From Macrostomum lignano (lineage: Eukaryota): a DNA stretch of 64,000 nucleotides. Position 1 is the first letter of the stretch, and the number at the start of each line of letters is the position of its first letter. The translations under genes and the position numbers were made by a program. This document shows positions 1 through 12,679 of the stretch, in pieces. Location of the stretch: assembly GCA_002269645.1 (NCBI GenBank), contig NIVC01001629.1, forward strand, positions 186,001 through 250,000, in the 5' to 3' direction. A model generated the notes under the pieces. That model saw only the letters and a list, made by a program, of their open reading frames with translations. It searched no databases and was not told the DNA's origin.

Positions 1-780
1 GTAGACCTACTTATACTGTGGCTACTAATTGATACTACTGAATTGGTGATCTGCTGCGAGCTGGTGCTGAGTCGCAGGTCGGACCTGCTGTACTCGGACG
101 CGACTCTGATGGCAGTCGACGCGTGAGCCAGACGTTTGAAAGATCGGGTCGCGCGCGTGGAAGGCGATTAATGAGACCACTGACGGGGGCTTGCATTATA
201 TGCCGGCGCAATGGAACGACTCTGCATTATTAAAGTTAAATTAAATGGCGATGGAAGGCAGTTTCTCCAAAATATACACAGTTATAAAGAAACAGTAATG
301 TACATCCACACTCGATCGCCCAGCTCTAACAGACAGCGACGGTTCGCCGACAATCATTACCAGATTGTACGATTGTTCACTAGTAATGTCAGCTGCGTCG
401 ATAGTATTGTCATTCGTAGCATAGTCGTCGTCCGGAATCAACTGGCTTTCGTTGATCGGCTGCTCGTAGACCGGAGACAAAGTGAATGGTGTATCATCTG
501 ATGCGCCGGCTCGCGCGGCGCTGGCTTCGTTGCGTCCACGAAATGCCGACTACGCTGGAAACTCTTACCTGATTGTCTTCGCAATCCCGTGCGCCAACGG
601 TAATATCCAACCGACTTGGCGTTGCAGATGTCGCTAGTGCGATGGACGATCGTCCAACGGCGTCATCAACTGCGTCGTTCGAAGCAGTGACACCCTCCGG
701 AAAAAGTGGCTGACAAGATTGCCGACACTCATGGTCTGTAACGACTACTCTCTTGACTCGATCTGCTCTCGGCTGGTGCA

Positions 781-1760
781 ACTGCAAACGCCTTAGACAA
801 ACCAATGGAGCATACACCGAAAAAAATCGGATTAGCGTCTATCTTAATAGGAAAGCTGCTTTGCATACTGGGCCAGTTAGAGCTATTTGGAACTATGCCA
901 CAGTCTCCGTCTAGACACCCAGCTGTGCCAAACAATATGGTTGGCTGACTCATGCTTCTAAGCGTCAAATATGACGATAGAATCATTCAGCCCGTTGACA
1001 CACTAAGCAGCTGTGATAGAATACATGCCAGTGGTAGTCAAACCTCTTGCACACTATCAGGGCGCAACAATTTTTCAATTGTCACCTGTACGGAGGATGG
1101 GCACAGCCTCACATTACGGACGCTACAGTGCCTCCGAAAAGCAGATCAATTCACCTTGCAATTTCGAGGCTTTATTACCCCTCGGATTAAAGATTGACCC
1201 GCGTAGTCAAATAAAAGTGACTACTCTTAGCAGCTGCCTTGAGCCACAACAGACGCGAGGTTTGATTACCCCTCGTAGGCCAGCATTTTCAGTCAACTGC
1301 TCAACTTTGATTTATCGGTTGAAGCGGGGTTCAATTATCCCTCACTGGTGGCCATACACCAACACTGCAGACGCTTTAGACAACCCAATGGAGCATGCTC
1401 TAGCAAGAGCTAGAATAACGTCTGTCTTAAAAAAAGGCTACCTTAGAACTGGGCCAGTAGGAGCTTTTGGAACCATGCCACAGCTCCATCTAGACACCCA
1501 GCTGCACCAGATAATAGGGTAATCGGATACACTAAGTAACCGCGACAGACTACATGCCATTGGGAGTCAAACCTCTCCAGCACAATAAGAATGCAATAGT
1601 TTGTCGGAGAGCCAACAAAGCTATCACCTGCAGGGAGGGTGGGCACGGCCTCACATTACGAGCGCTAGCGTTTGCTGATATATGGCACTTTACCCCTCGC
1701 AGGTCAGCTTAGCAGCTGCCTTGAGGCACAACAGAAGCGAGGATTGATTATCCATCGCAG
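781..1760 (+). repeat. Diverged tandem duplication (copy A ~781-1290, copy B ~1362-1760)
   Basis: Collinear matching blocks: ACTGCAAACGCCTTAGACAAACCAATGGAGCAT (781) vs ACTGCAGACGCTTTAGACAACCCAATGGAGCAT (1362); CTAGACACCCAGCTG in both; CCTCACATTACG in both; CAGCTGCCTTGAG in both. Confidence 0.75.
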
Positions 1761-3132
1761 GTCAGCTTATCAGCTGCCTTGAGCCACAACAGAAGCGAGG
1801 ATTGATTATCCATCGCAGGTCAGCTTATCAGCTGCCTTGAGCCACAACAGACGCGAGGATTGATTATCCATCGCAGGTCAGCTTATCAGCTGCCTTGAGT
1901 CCCAACAGAAGCGAGGATTGATTATCCATCGCAGGTCAGCTTATCAGCTGCCTTGAGTCCCAACAGAAGCGAGGATTGATTATCCATCGCAGGTCAGCTT
2001 ATGAGCTGCCTTGAGCCACAACAGAAGCGAGGATTGATTATCCATCGCAGGTCAGCTTATCAGCTGCCTTGAGTCCCAACAGAAGCGAGGATTGATTATC
2101 CATCGCAGGTCAGCTTATGAGCTGCCTTGAGCCACAACAGACGCGAGGATTGATTATCCATCGCAGGTCAGCTTATCAGCTGCCTTGAGTCCCAACAGAA
2201 GCGAGGATTGATTATCCATCGCAGGTCAGCTTATCAGCTGCCTTGAGTCCCAACAGAAGCGAGGATTGATTATCCATAGCAGGTCAGCTTATGAGCTGCC
2301 TTGAGTCCCAACAGAAGCGAGGATTGATTATCCATCGCAGGTCAGCTTATGAGCTGCCTTGAGCCACAACAGAAGCGAGGATTGATTATCCATCGCAGGT
2401 CAGCTTATGAGCTGCCTTGAGCCACAACAGACGCGAGGATTGATTATCCATCGCAGGTCAGCTTATGAGCTGCCTTGAGTCCCAACAGAAGCGAGGATTG
2501 ATTATCCATCGCAGGTCAGCTTATGAGCTGCCTTGAGTCCCAACAGAAGCGAGGATTGATTATCCATCGCAGGTCAGCTTATGAGCTGCCTTGAGCCACA
2601 ACAGAAGCGAGGATTGATTATCCATCGCAGGTCAGCTTATGAGCTGCCTTGAGCCACAACAGACGCGAGGATTGATTATCCATCGCAGGTCAGCTTATGA
2701 GCTGCCTTGAGTCCCAACAGAAGCGAGGATTGATTATCCATCGCAGGTCAGCTTATGAGCTGCCTTGAGCCACAACAGACGCGAGGATTGATTATCCATC
2801 GCAGGTCAGCTTATCAGCTGCCTTGAGTCCCAACAGAAGCGAGGATTGATTATCCATCGCAGGTCAGCTTATCAGCTGCCTTGAGTCCCAACAGAAGCGA
2901 GGATTGATTATCCATAGCAGGTCAGCTTATCAGCTGCCTTGAGTCCCAACAGAAGCGAGGATTGATTATCCATCGCAGGTCAGCTTATGAGCTGTCTTGA
3001 GTCCCAACAGAAGCGAGGATTGATTATCCATAGCAGGTCAGCTTATGAGCTGCCTTGAGTCCCAACAGAAGCGAGGATTGATTATCCATAGCAGGTCAGC
3101 TTATCAGCTGCCTTGAGCCACAACAGACGCGA
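1699..3132 (+). repeat. 58-bp minisatellite, ~25 copies
   Basis: Head-to-tail unit GCAGGTCAGCTTATCAGCTGCCTTGAGCCACAACAGAAGCGAGGATTGATTATCCATC, no spacers. Confidence 0.97.
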
Positions 3133-3499
3133 AGTCCAGTCTTATCCATAACTTCATAGAGTCAATGGGAGCTGATCCCTGTGGATTTGCCGGATCACTT
3201 GGTCTAGATCACTGAAGAATTCCGACTGAACTCCTGAAATCTCATCCAGAACATTTTCATTTGGAAAACCTGAAATTTGGGTCTACAATTAGAATTTAGC
3301 AGTGTTCAAGGTGAAAAATTTTGGAAAATGCAGCCGGAACAGCTTTCCTTTTTCCCGAACTTTGGCAGGATCACATTTCCGGAAAAAGGAGCTATTCCGG
3401 ACTAAAAATGCTGATCCGGGCCTTCACTTGAAAATCAATTAATAAATCAGGCCTGGATCACGAAATTCTGAAAAAAATTATGGGTGAAAAGTACAACGG

Positions 3500-3738
3500 G
3501 TTCTTACAGACCGGATAACACAAAGGCATCTTGATTGAAATATTTTTCCATTATCTGGTTTGCAAACCAGATTCGCATCCTGTTATCCGGTAAATTTCAG
3601 ATTCACACAGGTTTCTTACAGACTAGATAACGCACAGTTATCCTGATTTAAATCTTGTACTGTTATCTGTCTTTCAAACAAGATTCGCACCATGTTATCC
3701 TGTGAAATTCCGATTCAAACAAGATTCGATCAACCAAG
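3500..3738 (+). repeat. 112-bp satellite, left (more degenerate) part
   Basis: Same unit as 4720-5720 and in register across the insertion at 3739. Confidence 0.8.
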
Positions 3739-4719
3739 TGTTGTAACCCGGGTCGGTTTGGGTGCCCAGTCCCGAGTACAATATATATTATATGTGATAT
3801 AACAGGCGTTGTGACGCTCTGTCTGTACTTTTATGAATACGACGAGCAGGCGTGACGACGCTCTGCGATAATAGTTCGATCCCTCTGGTGTTGTGACACT
3901 CAGAGTTCACGCTGCGGCTCGAGGTGTGGTGACACTCTCGAGTGCTTCTAGTCTCTATACCGTAGGGTGTACGCAATATATAGGGTAAACGGTACAGTAC
4001 TACAAAAGCTATATGATCTCCCGGCGTTATGACGCTCTGGCAAGAACTCGGCCTAGCAAGCTTCCAGAAAAAAAAGGACTCAAACAGCAGGCGGCTTACC
4101 AGTGGCCAAATGACTGTTCACCGTTTATTGCTCGTAGGTCTCAAGCGCAGGTTCGCAGGTTCGCACGTTTGTTGATTGGCTCGTAGGTGTCAAACGCGGC
4201 TTCTAACTTCTTCTCAATTCTCCAAGATTCTTTTTAAAGACTAACTTCTCAATTGAGCTCTCGGGTTTGTTTTATCGTAGGTAGCTAACGTCGCGGTTTC
4301 TTACTTAAGCAAAGTCTCGCGCTTGCAACCACGGAGCACACAAAACACTAAATAGCACAAACAGGACTAACAGAGAAACAGAGAAACCGAGAAACAGAGC
4401 GAAGGGCGTGAGCAAGGCCTAGAGCCGCATTAAATAATACCCAAACCCTGGGGCCAATGGCCCCACCGGCTAAGCTCACCAAAACAAACCACGCCGGCCC
4501 AGCCAATCAAAACCCCGCCTAAGGGGGGAGGGGCTGCACCCGCGCCAAAGCTGGCCCGGCCGCAGCCAACCAGCCCTGAGCACGGGGCAGGGGCATGGCT
4601 GGGGAGGGGCACGCGCAAAGCCCGGCCGGCGGCCAAACCCTGCCACGCCCGCCAACCCCCCCCCAACCAGCCCCAAAGTGCAACGCGCCCTGCCAACTGA
4701 CAAGGGCGCATGCACTACA
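3739..4719 (-). mobile_element. Solo LTR (981 bp) of an LTR retrotransposon
   Basis: Begins TGTTGT and ends ACTACA (TG...CA); flanked by 4-bp duplication CAAG (3735-3738 / 4720-4723); interrupts one satellite unit exactly; AATAAA on the minus strand near 4125 suggests orientation; no coding domains. Confidence 0.75.
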
Positions 4720-5720
4720 CAAGATAACAGAGAATTATCTGGTGGCGAATCTTGTACTGTTATCTGTCTTTCAAACAAGATTCGCACCATGTTATCCTGT
4801 GAAATTCCGATTCAAACAAGATTCGATCAACCAAGATAACAGAGAATTATCTGGTGGCGAATCTTGTACTGTTATCTGTCTTTCAAACAAGATTCGCACC
4901 ATGTTATCCTGTGAAATTCCGATTCAAACAAGATTCAATCAACCAAGAAAACAAAAAATTACCTGGTGGCGAATCTTGTACTGTTATCTGTCTTTCAAAC
5001 AAGATTCGCACCATATTATCCTGTGAAATTCTGATTCAATCAAACAAGAAAACAAAAAATTACCTGGTGGCGAATCTTGTACTGTTATCTGATTTTCAAA
5101 CAAGATTCGCACCATATTATCCTGTGAAATTCTGATTCAAACAAGATTTAATCAAACAAGAAAACAAAAAATTACCTGGTGGTGAATCTTGTACTGTTAT
5201 CTGATTTTCAAACAAGATTCGCACCATATTATCCTGTGAAATTCTGATTCAAACAAGATTCAATCAAACAAGAAAACAAAAAATTACCTGGTGGCGAATC
5301 TTGTACTGTTATCTGATTTTCAAACAAGATTCGCACCATGTTATCCTGTGAAATTCTGATTCAAACAAGATTCAATCAAACAAGAAAACAAAAAATTACC
5401 TGGTGGCGAATCTTGTACTGTTATCTGATTTTCAAACAAGATTCGCACCATATTATCCTGTGAAATTCCGATTCAAACAAGATTCAATCAAACAAGAAAA
5501 CAAAAAATTATCTGGTGGCAAATCTTGTCATGTAATCTGATTTCTAAGCAAGATTCGGGCCATGTTATCTGGTGAAATTCAGATAACTCACCAGATAACA
5601 GTCAAACAAGAAAACAAAAAATTACCTGGTGACGAATCTGGTGGTTTCACCAGTTTCGCACCTCAAACAAGGAAATCGGTAGTGAATCTGACAAGATTCG
5701 CAAATTATCTTGTGGTGTTA
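4720..5720 (+). repeat. 112-bp satellite, ~9 copies
   Basis: Unit CAAGATAACAGAGAATTATCTGGTGGCGAATCTTGTACTGTTATCTGTCTTTCAAACAAGATTCGCACC...; internal CAAACAAGATTC subrepeats. Confidence 0.93.
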
Positions 5721-5749
5721 TCTGGTTTATTTACCATAGGGCTTCGCAG

Positions 5750-6306
5750 ATCCTCAATCGGGATCCCCAGATCCCAGGTCCTCAATTGGGATCTTCAGCT
5801 CCCAGATCGTCAATCGTGATCCCCAGATCCTCACATCCCGAGATCCTCAATCTGATCCCTACGATCCCAGATTCTCAATCGAGATCCCCAGATCCTCACA
5901 TTCCAAAATTCTCAATCTGATTTCCAGTTCCTCAATCGGCATTCCCAGATCCTCAATCGGCATTCCCAGATCCTCAATCGGTATTCCCAGATCCTCAATC
6001 GGCATTCCCAGATCCTCAATCGGCATTCCCAGATCCTCAATCGGTATTCCCAGATCCTCAATCGGCATTCCCAGATCCTCAATCGGTATTCCCAGATCCT
6101 CAATTGGTATTCCCAGATCCTCAATCGGCATTCCCAGATCCTCAATCGGTATTCCCAGATCCTCAATCGGTATTCCCAGATCCTCAATCGGCATTCCCAG
6201 ATCCTCAATCGGCATTCCCAGATCCTCAATCGGCATTCCCAGATCCTCAATCGGCATTCCCAGATCCTCAATCGGCATTCCCAGATCCTCAATCGGTATT
6301 CCCAGA
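5750..6306 (+). repeat. 21-bp minisatellite
   Basis: Unit ATTCCCAGATCCTCAATCGGC; degenerate at the left end. Confidence 0.95.
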
Positions 6307-6340
6307 CCTCACACTGTAGGCCTTTCATTCGCCCCTGCAG

Positions 6341-6772
6341 ATGGCGGCGCCCAGCAGCAGTCGCTGGGCCAGTTCCCCTGCCGCATCGGGCTGCTGCTGA
6401 TCGTGCGGCTGGCCTCCACTGCCCAGTGGCCAGAGGTGCTGGCCTGCCTCCAATGCCTGCACCGGCAGCCCCAGCTGAATGTCCCGGCCGGTCTGGCGGC
6501 CACCGGGACCAGGGTGGCCGTGGCCGACGCGGCGCTGGAGGCATTTCTGCACTGCGATATGCTGGACCTGGCCAATGCGCTGGTTGCCACCTCGGGCGGC
6601 CCCGGCCCGTTCGGCCTGGCCCTGCCCGACCCCTGCCCGGAAGGTGCGATGGATCGCGCGGTGCTGCTGCTCAGCCTGTCGCGAACCTGCGCGCGCCGTG
6701 GCGGCGACGGCATGGCCGCAAATACTGTGAATGCGTTCATTGCGGCCGCCCAGCTGGCCGACTTCTGCGACG
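6341..6772 (+). CDS. Internal exon of unknown alpha-helical protein (possible TOPAZ1-like); upstream exons not located
   Basis: Acceptor CCCCTGCAG, donor GTGAGC, GC-rich open frame GGAQQQSLGQFPCRIGLLLIVRLAS...AAQLADFCD; phase 1 matches the next exon. Confidence 0.75.
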
Positions 6773-6859
6773 GTGAGCGGCCGGGCCGAATTGAGATGTC
6801 GAATTGGGTGCTGTCAATCAAATTGGAATCAAATTGGAGCTTTCAGTCACCAATCTAAC

Positions 6860-7610
6860 AGCTGTCATTCACCAATTTAACACATGTCATTCACCAATTT
6901 AACACATGTCATTCACCAATTTAACACATGTCATTCACCAATTTAACACATGTCATTCACCAATTTAACACATGTCATTCACCAATTTAACAGCTGTCAT
7001 TCACCAATTTAACACATGTCATTCACCAATTTAACACATGTCATTCACCAATTTAACACATGTCATTCACCAATTTAACACATGTCATTCACCAATTTAA
7101 CAGCTGTCATTCACCAATTTAACACATGTCATTCACCAATTTAACACCTGTCATTCACCAATTTAACAGCTGTCATTCACCAATTTGCTATCTGTCAATC
7201 ACAAATCGAGTAGCTGTCAATCAAAAAGTGAGAAGCTGTCAATCACAAATCAAGTAGCTGTAAATCACAAATCAAGTAGCTGTCAATCACAAATCAAGTA
7301 GCTGTAAATCACAAAGTGAGTAGCTGTCAATCACAAATCAAGTAGCTGTAAATCACAAAGTGAGTAGCTGTCAATCACAAATGGAGGAGCTGTCAATCAC
7401 AAAGTGAGTAGCTGTCAATCACAAATCAAGTAGCTGTCAATCACAAATCAAGTAGCTGTCAATCACAAATCGAGGAGCTGTCAATCACAAAGTGAGTAGC
7501 CGTCAATCACAGAGTGAGTAGCTGTCAATCACAAAGTGAGGAGCTGTCAATCACAAAGTGAGTAGCCGTCAATCACAGAGTGAGTAGCTGTCAATCACAA
7601 ATGGAGGAGC
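6860..7610 (+). repeat. Two adjacent related 22-bp intronic minisatellites
   Basis: GTCATTCACCAATTTAACACAT grading into GTCAATCACAAATCAAGTAGCT. Confidence 0.93.
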
Positions 7611-7695
7611 AATAAAGCTAAATCATCCAACCGTAGTGCAATGAGATTGCGTCTAATCAAACACTGGATCAAAGCCGCTCACCCCCGATCTCCAG

Positions 7696-8372
7696 AGGAT
7701 TTCCGCCGCACCTCGTACGCGGCCGCCTATTCCTGCTGTCTCCGCGATCTGGCCACCACCGCCAGGTCCTGCCGGCCAGGCCTCAAGCACGCGTACCGGC
7801 TGTTCAACGCCAGCACCTCGTTCCCGAATCTGCAGCTGAAGGCCCCGGCCACCGCCCTCCGCCTGATGCTCTGCTCCGCTGTGCGGCTGTCCCTGCCCGA
7901 CCTGGCGCTCCCCCTGGCGAAGATCGGCACCCGGTTCGGCATCTACCGAGCCCTGCAGCCCGACTGCCTCCAGCTCAGCCTGCCGGGCGATCTGGCTGGC
8001 GAAGAGTCCGCCGCCCTGCTAGCGCTTGCCATCCGCTGCCTTCGCGATCGGCGGCGGCGCGGCCACCTGGACGACGCTGTCGGCGGCCGCTGCCTCCGCT
8101 TGGTGCCGCTGCCGCCGGACGGCCGCGACCCGGAATTTGTCCGGCTGGCCGGCCTGCCGCCCGACGCCGGCGTCCGGACAGTCCACGCCGAGGACGCCAC
8201 CGACTGCCTGCTGGCGGTGCTGCAGCGGGCGGCCGACGTCTTCAACTCCACGCTGATGGTCGGCCCCGTCGGCCTGCTGGCCCGCCGGCCGCGCTTCAGC
8301 TTGCAACCGGACGGCCCGGCCATCAGCCTGTCCGGACAGGAGGTTCGCGACCTCATGGACCAGCTCGACTAA
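7696..8372 (+). CDS. Terminal exon of the same unknown protein (weak TOPAZ1 C-terminus resemblance)
   Basis: Acceptor ATCTCCAG; G+AG reconstitutes Glu; 225-codon GC-rich frame ending ...[12 protein letters not shown]. Family identity is low confidence. Confidence 0.75.
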
Positions 8373-8436
8373 AGCAGATGGACGGGAACTTTGTTTCTTC
8401 CCGGCTGAAGGGCTGAAAAGTTTCCATTGACAGGCG

Positions 8437-8471
8437 ACAGACAGACAGACAGAGAGGCAGACAGACAGCCT

Positions 8472-8523
<52 letters not shown>

Positions 8524-8536
8524 GGCATAGACAGAC

Positions 8537-8598
<62 letters not shown>

Positions 8599-8628
8599 GG
8601 ACAGACAGACAGACACAGACAGACACAA

Positions 8629-8681
<53 letters not shown>

Positions 8682-8694
8682 CAGACAGACACAA

Positions 8695-8731
<37 letters not shown>

Positions 8732-8770
8732 CAGACAGACACAAAGACAGACAGACAGACAGACAGACAA
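8437..8770 (+). repeat. (GACA)n microsatellite
   Basis: Direct reading. Confidence 0.97.
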
Positions 8771-9589
8771 TTAACTGTTTCCTTTATTCATTTTTGTTCT
8801 GAAAATGCCTTTGACTTAGAGGATCTTTGCAAAAGAACGGAAGCTTCCCGTCTTTTTATTTGTCTTACTCGACTGCGGACCAGTTCGTATCTGGGGAAAT
8901 TATTGAGTTTTTGAAGGCCAAAGATGGGGCTGTGGTAACACACTGAATCTGTTCTCACACAATGGCAGTGGCGCAAGATTAAATGCTTGATAAAGAACCG
9001 CTAATTCCCAGTCAATAATATTTTTGTTTTCGCAAATATTTTAGCGGCCTCTCACGGCTTTGCTGCTGTGGAAATTGTTTAAATTAATTTTGCTGTTTTT
9101 GAATCAGGTTTTTTCCCTACCTGCTTTTACCTGCTTTCTTACAAAAGCAATTCTGCGGGCTGGGTTGAGGGCTCGCTGCAATAACCGGCGTACTGAGTAT
9201 GCAGGTTCTTATAGGGGAAAATTAAACATACTGGAATGTTCGCGCGATGCTACTCATCAGCGTCTTACTGTGCACTGCATATACCACCCTGCACTCAGCA
9301 TTTATGCGCCATTAATCTCATATAATTAGGGCCAGCTAAGCTTTGTTATAAGCGGTAGAAAATTCTTTTGCATACGGCAATGATTTGTCATTTACTGCAG
9401 TTCACTCTTCTCAGTCAGAGCTTCCCGCGGTGTCTTAAATGCTAAATAATAAAACAAAACTTATAAAAAAATTGTAAGAACAGTTTTTCCACCTGTGATC
9501 AAACCAGTACCGCCTGCTTTGGCTGCGTACCTTGGCTTTCAATTATTGCTTTTTGCTGGACCGGAGTACTTGCACAATGCACTCCTAGA

Positions 9590-10965
9590 GCATTCACACA
9601 TCACTCTTAGCACTCCCACAACACTCACACATCACTCCCCCAGCACTCACACAGCACTCACACATCACTCCCACGGCACTCACACAGCACTCACAATCAC
9701 TCACACAACACTCACACATCACTCCCACGGCACTCACACAGCACTCACAATCACTCACACAACACTCACACATCACTCCCCCAGCACTCACACATCACTC
9801 CCACGGCACTCACACATCACTCCCACAGCACTCACACATCACTCACACAGCACTCACATCACTCCCACAGCACTCCCACATCACTCACACATCACTCCCA
9901 CAGGACTCCCACATCACTCACACATCACTCCCACAACACTCACACAACACTCACACATCACTCCCACAGCACTCACACAGCACTCACACAACACTCACAC
10001 ATCACTCCCCCAGCACTCCCACATCACTCCCCCAGCACTCACACATCACTCACACATCACTCCCACGGCACTCACACATCACTCCCACGGCACTCACACA
10101 TCACTCCCACAGCACTCACACATCACTCACACAGCACTCACATCACTCCCACAGCACTCCCACATCACTCACACATCACTCCCACAGGACTCCCACATCA
10201 CTCACACATCACTCCCACAACACTCACACAACACTCACACAGCACTCACACAGCACTCACACAACACTCACACAACACTCACACATCACTTCCCCAGCAC
10301 TCCCACATCACTCACACATCACTCCCACGGCACTCACACATCACTCCCACGGCACTCACACATCACTCACACAGCACTCACATCACTCCCACAGCACTCA
10401 CACAGCACTCACACAACACTCACACATCACTCCCACCGCACTCACACAGCACTCACACAGCACTCACATCATTCCCACAGCACTCCCACAACACTCACAC
10501 AACACTCACACAGCACTCCCACATCACTCCCCCAGCACTCACACATCACTCACACAGCACTCCCCCAGCACTTACACATCACTCCCACGGCACTCACACA
10601 TCACTCACACATCACTCCCACAGCACTCCCCCAGCACTTACACATCACTCCCACGGCACTCACACATCACTCCCACATCACTCCCCCAGCACTCACACAT
10701 CACTCCCACGGCACTCCCCCAGCACTCACACATCACTCCCACGGCACTCACACATCACTCCCACATCACTCCCACAGCACTCACACAGCACTCACACATC
10801 ACTCCCCCAGCACTCCCACATCACTCCCCCAGCACTCACACATCACTCACACATCACTCCCCCAGCACTCACACATCACTCACACATCACTCCCACGGCA
10901 CTCACACATCACTCCCACTGCACTCCCACAACGCACACATCACTCACGCATCACTTCCCACATCA
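9590..10965 (+). repeat. C/A-rich compound low-complexity array
   Basis: Shuffled CACTCACACAT / CACTCCCACAG modules. Confidence 0.93.
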
Positions 10966-11299
10966 CACCTGTCTCTGTTTTCTCCGAGCCTCGTTTCTCC
11001 GCTTGTCTTCTTTCCTATCATGCGTCTCCCTGTCTTCCGGCCCGGTGCACCTTGCGCTCAAAACATTTAATCTGCAAGACAAAGTCAAATTCGACCTTTA
11101 AAGCGAAGATTGCAGTCATTAACGAAGCACGAAGTGAATTTCTGACTTGGGACCGAAGCTCCGTAAAAACCTTGGCGGCCCCCGCTTTTGCTGCGGCTTT
11201 GGAGCCTTCTAAAGTCCTCTGAAGATTTAAGAGTTCGGACGAAATTATTCACAGCCTTCAGCTCCCAACTCTTTAATTAACTTTGTGACTTGAGTTACC

Positions 11300-11752
11300 A
11301 TCAGCACCCCAGCTCACACCCACCCACCCCAATTCCATCAGCACCCAGCTCACACCCACCCCAATCTCATCAGCACCCCGTCTCGCACCCACCCCAATTC
11401 CATCAGCACCCCAGCTCACACCCACCCCAATCTCATCAGCACCCCGTCTCGCACCCACCCCAATGCCACCAGCACCCCAGCTCACACCCACCCACCCCAA
11501 TGCCACCAGCACCCCAGCTCACACCCACCCACCCAATGCCACCAGCACCCCAGCTCACCCACCCACCCCAATGCCACCAGCACCCCAGCTCACACCCACC
11601 CTCCCCAATGCCACCAGCACCCCAGCTCACACCCACCCTCCCCAATGCCATCAGCACCCCAGCTCACACCCACCCTCCCAATGCCACCAGCACCCCAGCT
11701 CACACCCACCCTCCCCAATGCCACCAGCACCCCAGCTCACACCCACCCCAAT
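11300..11752 (+). repeat. ~33-bp C/A-rich minisatellite
   Basis: Unit approx. CCCAGCTCACACCCACCCCAATGCCACCAGCAC. Confidence 0.9.
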
Positions 11753-12679
11753 GCGCGAAAACGAGATTGAATGACAGTGGCGTGGCCCGTGGCAAGACAC
11801 TCGAGCTCTGGTGTCACAAAGGTCACTCTGAACTCGGCACGCCACCGCTCTCAAAAGTGTATCCGAGCTACAAGAGCCCCGTGGCGAATGAGCTGCATGC
11901 GCTGATCTTCGGCTGAGAGCTGAATCCGGCTGCCCTTATAGAAACAGCTGCAGATCCCGAGATCCCCAGTGCTCACTCCCGCGGAAGAGGCTGCCTCGCG
12001 AAGATCCCGGAGTCCGCATAAATTACACAGAATTACCAGCTGGTGCTCTCGCTGGCAGCCTCTCAAATCCACAAGTCATGGGCGGACTTCATTACTGGAG
12101 TTGTCAGTTCGCGTCTCGGCCGCCGCCATTGATCCGCGCTGACGCATCTGCGCAAGCTGATAATTGCGTTTCAATCGGGCCTTGTGGCTGAGTTTTTTGA
12201 CTTGTAATTGGATCTTGCTGACGCTGAGCTGACGTGGTCAGAGTGCAGACTGTGCTTGATGTACGGCTCTCATGCATTGTGTCAACCTGCTTACTAATTG
12301 CACTGGTGCGAAGTATGAGACTGCTGTCTGTGCGCTGTACAGGGCGCTCAAATATAACGCCCCTGACACCGTTTTTGATACATGTACCTCCTGACACCTA
12401 GGGTTTGATACCCCCGACACCTTTTGTTTGATACCCCTGACACCTACACAATGATACCTCTGACACCCTTCTCCCTAGATTTTGGCTCCTAGCGATGCTT
12501 GCTACATTATTGTAAGATAATGTAAGTAATTTAGGTCGGCATTTTCATAAGTTGTTGGATAAAGAGGTCTACAAGCCAAAATTCGCATGTGTTGGAACAC
12601 ATTGAATAGAGTGCGGTAATGAGCATGCGTTAGATAAGGTGAAACAGTTAGATGCAGGGTTTGCTGAGGCATTAGATAA

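Noticed and set aside
1-1650. Short ORFs (211-501, 494-817, 1013-1522 etc.) as genes or upstream exons of the 6341 gene
   Set aside because: No recognisable motifs, no GC-rich coding signature, no convincing phase-1 donor; partly a decayed duplication
1699-3132. CRISPR array (also considered for the 40-, 63- and 67-bp arrays)
   Set aside because: Units are head-to-tail with no unique spacers, there are no cas genes, and the context is eukaryotic with spliced genes
9495-11222. 575-aa His/Thr/Ser-rich ORF
   Set aside because: Open only because the C/A-rich array can hardly form stop codons; no start context or splice support
11750-11916. Possible terminal exon (...LWCHKGHSELGTPPLSKVYPSYKSPVANELHALIFG)
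   Set aside because: No clear acceptor, no partner exon and no family recognised
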